DNA from: Nemertoderma westbladi
Taxonomy: Eukaryota > Animalia > Xenacoelomorpha
DNA length: 64,000 nucleotides
Reading direction: 5' to 3'
Assembly (NCBI GenBank): GCA_032718475.1
Contig: JAUCBJ010008617.1
Coordinates: 16,932-80,931, forward strand
Positions within the stretch are counted from its first letter, which is position 1; each line of letters opens with the position of its first letter. The position numbers were made by a program, and so were the translations under genes. Below, piece after piece: positions 62,793-64,000 of this stretch. Below the pieces are notes generated by a model, which did not search any database, had not been told where the DNA came from, and saw only the letters and a program-made list of their open reading frames with translations.

Positions 62793-64000
62793 TATATATT
62801 GTAACATTGACGCCATCTAGTGTCGTTATATACATAGTCAGTTTAGCTTGAATGCCTTATTTGTGATGTATAGGTGGCGCTACTGCACATTCTTTTAGGG
62901 GTATAAAGCCTCAGGTTTAATGCATTTCCGGGACTCTTACTATTACTTTTGACATAAATTGTTTAGTGGAGTCATACTTATCCATGTAAAGGGTAAAAAC
63001 CCCAGTCAACTTTAATTGACTGGTGATTATTACTTGAACTGTCTCTGTTGTCTACAATTAAATCATACATTTGATTATAATTATTTGTTATAATATTTGA
63101 TATCGTACCGGTAAATTCAATTTGTTTTCTTCTGTTATTGGATTAATATAATATCGCTGATACCCCGAGATCAAAGATATTTTCTAGACACCAAACCCAG
63201 GTAGGTCTCTATAGCTAAGCATTATTGATAGCCTGGACAATTGTGTCAGATTTATGTGTGTTGTCTTGCCTCTAACTCAATAAATAATTAATCTATGGCG
63301 ATATTTCAGACCTGTACCGCAAGTGAAGCTCTTAATATTAATAACACCATGATTAAGTGTTGTCACAAATAGAATACCGTAGCGATAATAATAGAAACAG
63401 ATACAGACTAGTTGCAATACGTTTCCCCTAAAGGGAAACACAATCGCCTCGCCAGACTTGAGCCCTTACGTAAATAATTAGTCAGACATTTACTTATTGT
63501 ATTGTGCCGCCACACCCTCCCGGTACTGTATATTAGTGAAATATAATAGATGATCAATTACCGTTATGGACTGAGTGAAACATTGAGCAAATCAATACGA
63601 TTGTGGGGAATAGGGAATAAAAGTGATTCACTAGAACGGCCTTCCATTGAAGGTACACTAGCGCCTTACCGTTTCAAGTGTTTCAGACTGGGTGTTTTAC
63701 TCTCATTCTTGTGTGCTCTACAAACCAATCGGAAAGAGTCAAAATATATAAAATAGAGGTTAAAAACTCTTTTTTGTCAAATGCGCTAACAGGGAGGATT
63801 ACTCCCACACTGGGCTCATGCGTGATAACAAGTATATAGAAAAAGGACCTTACACAGAGCGTTCTCTTACTTAATCTTAACATTAAATTAAATTCGACTA
63901 TTTTATGGATTTTCTAGTTATTTTTTCAAAAGCATAAATAACTCTATGAGATATTAACGCCAAGAGAACGGTTAAATGAATGATAAGATGTCCAAAGAAA

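Overview
AT-rich eukaryotic DNA, most likely from a metazoan invertebrate, made almost entirely of decayed and nested transposable elements. No host protein-coding gene, rRNA or true tRNA gene was recognised. Left part: a Crypton/DUF3504-type tyrosine-recombinase remnant; a CRE-clade non-LTR retrotransposon whose RT carries a 57-bp/19-aa tandem array; a HINE-like element; and an RTE LINE split by a 9-kb Mutator-like element (9-bp TSD). That MULE holds a nested Sola1-like transposon and two convergent genes sharing the same N-terminal domain. Middle part: a hATm remnant; a four-level nest (Tc1/mariner DD37E > tRNA-SINE > L2/Crack LINE with a 2A motif > CR1 LINE); a P-element remnant with a nested MITE. 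Right part: a hAT pseudogene split by a piggyBac-type MITE and by a 21-kb BEL/Pao LTR element. The BEL element lacks its RT core and a tRNA PBS and carries four further insertions. A second BEL fragment, a SINE and a large foldback MITE follow. Family assignments come from hand-read motifs, TIRs and TSDs only; no database search or alignment was run.
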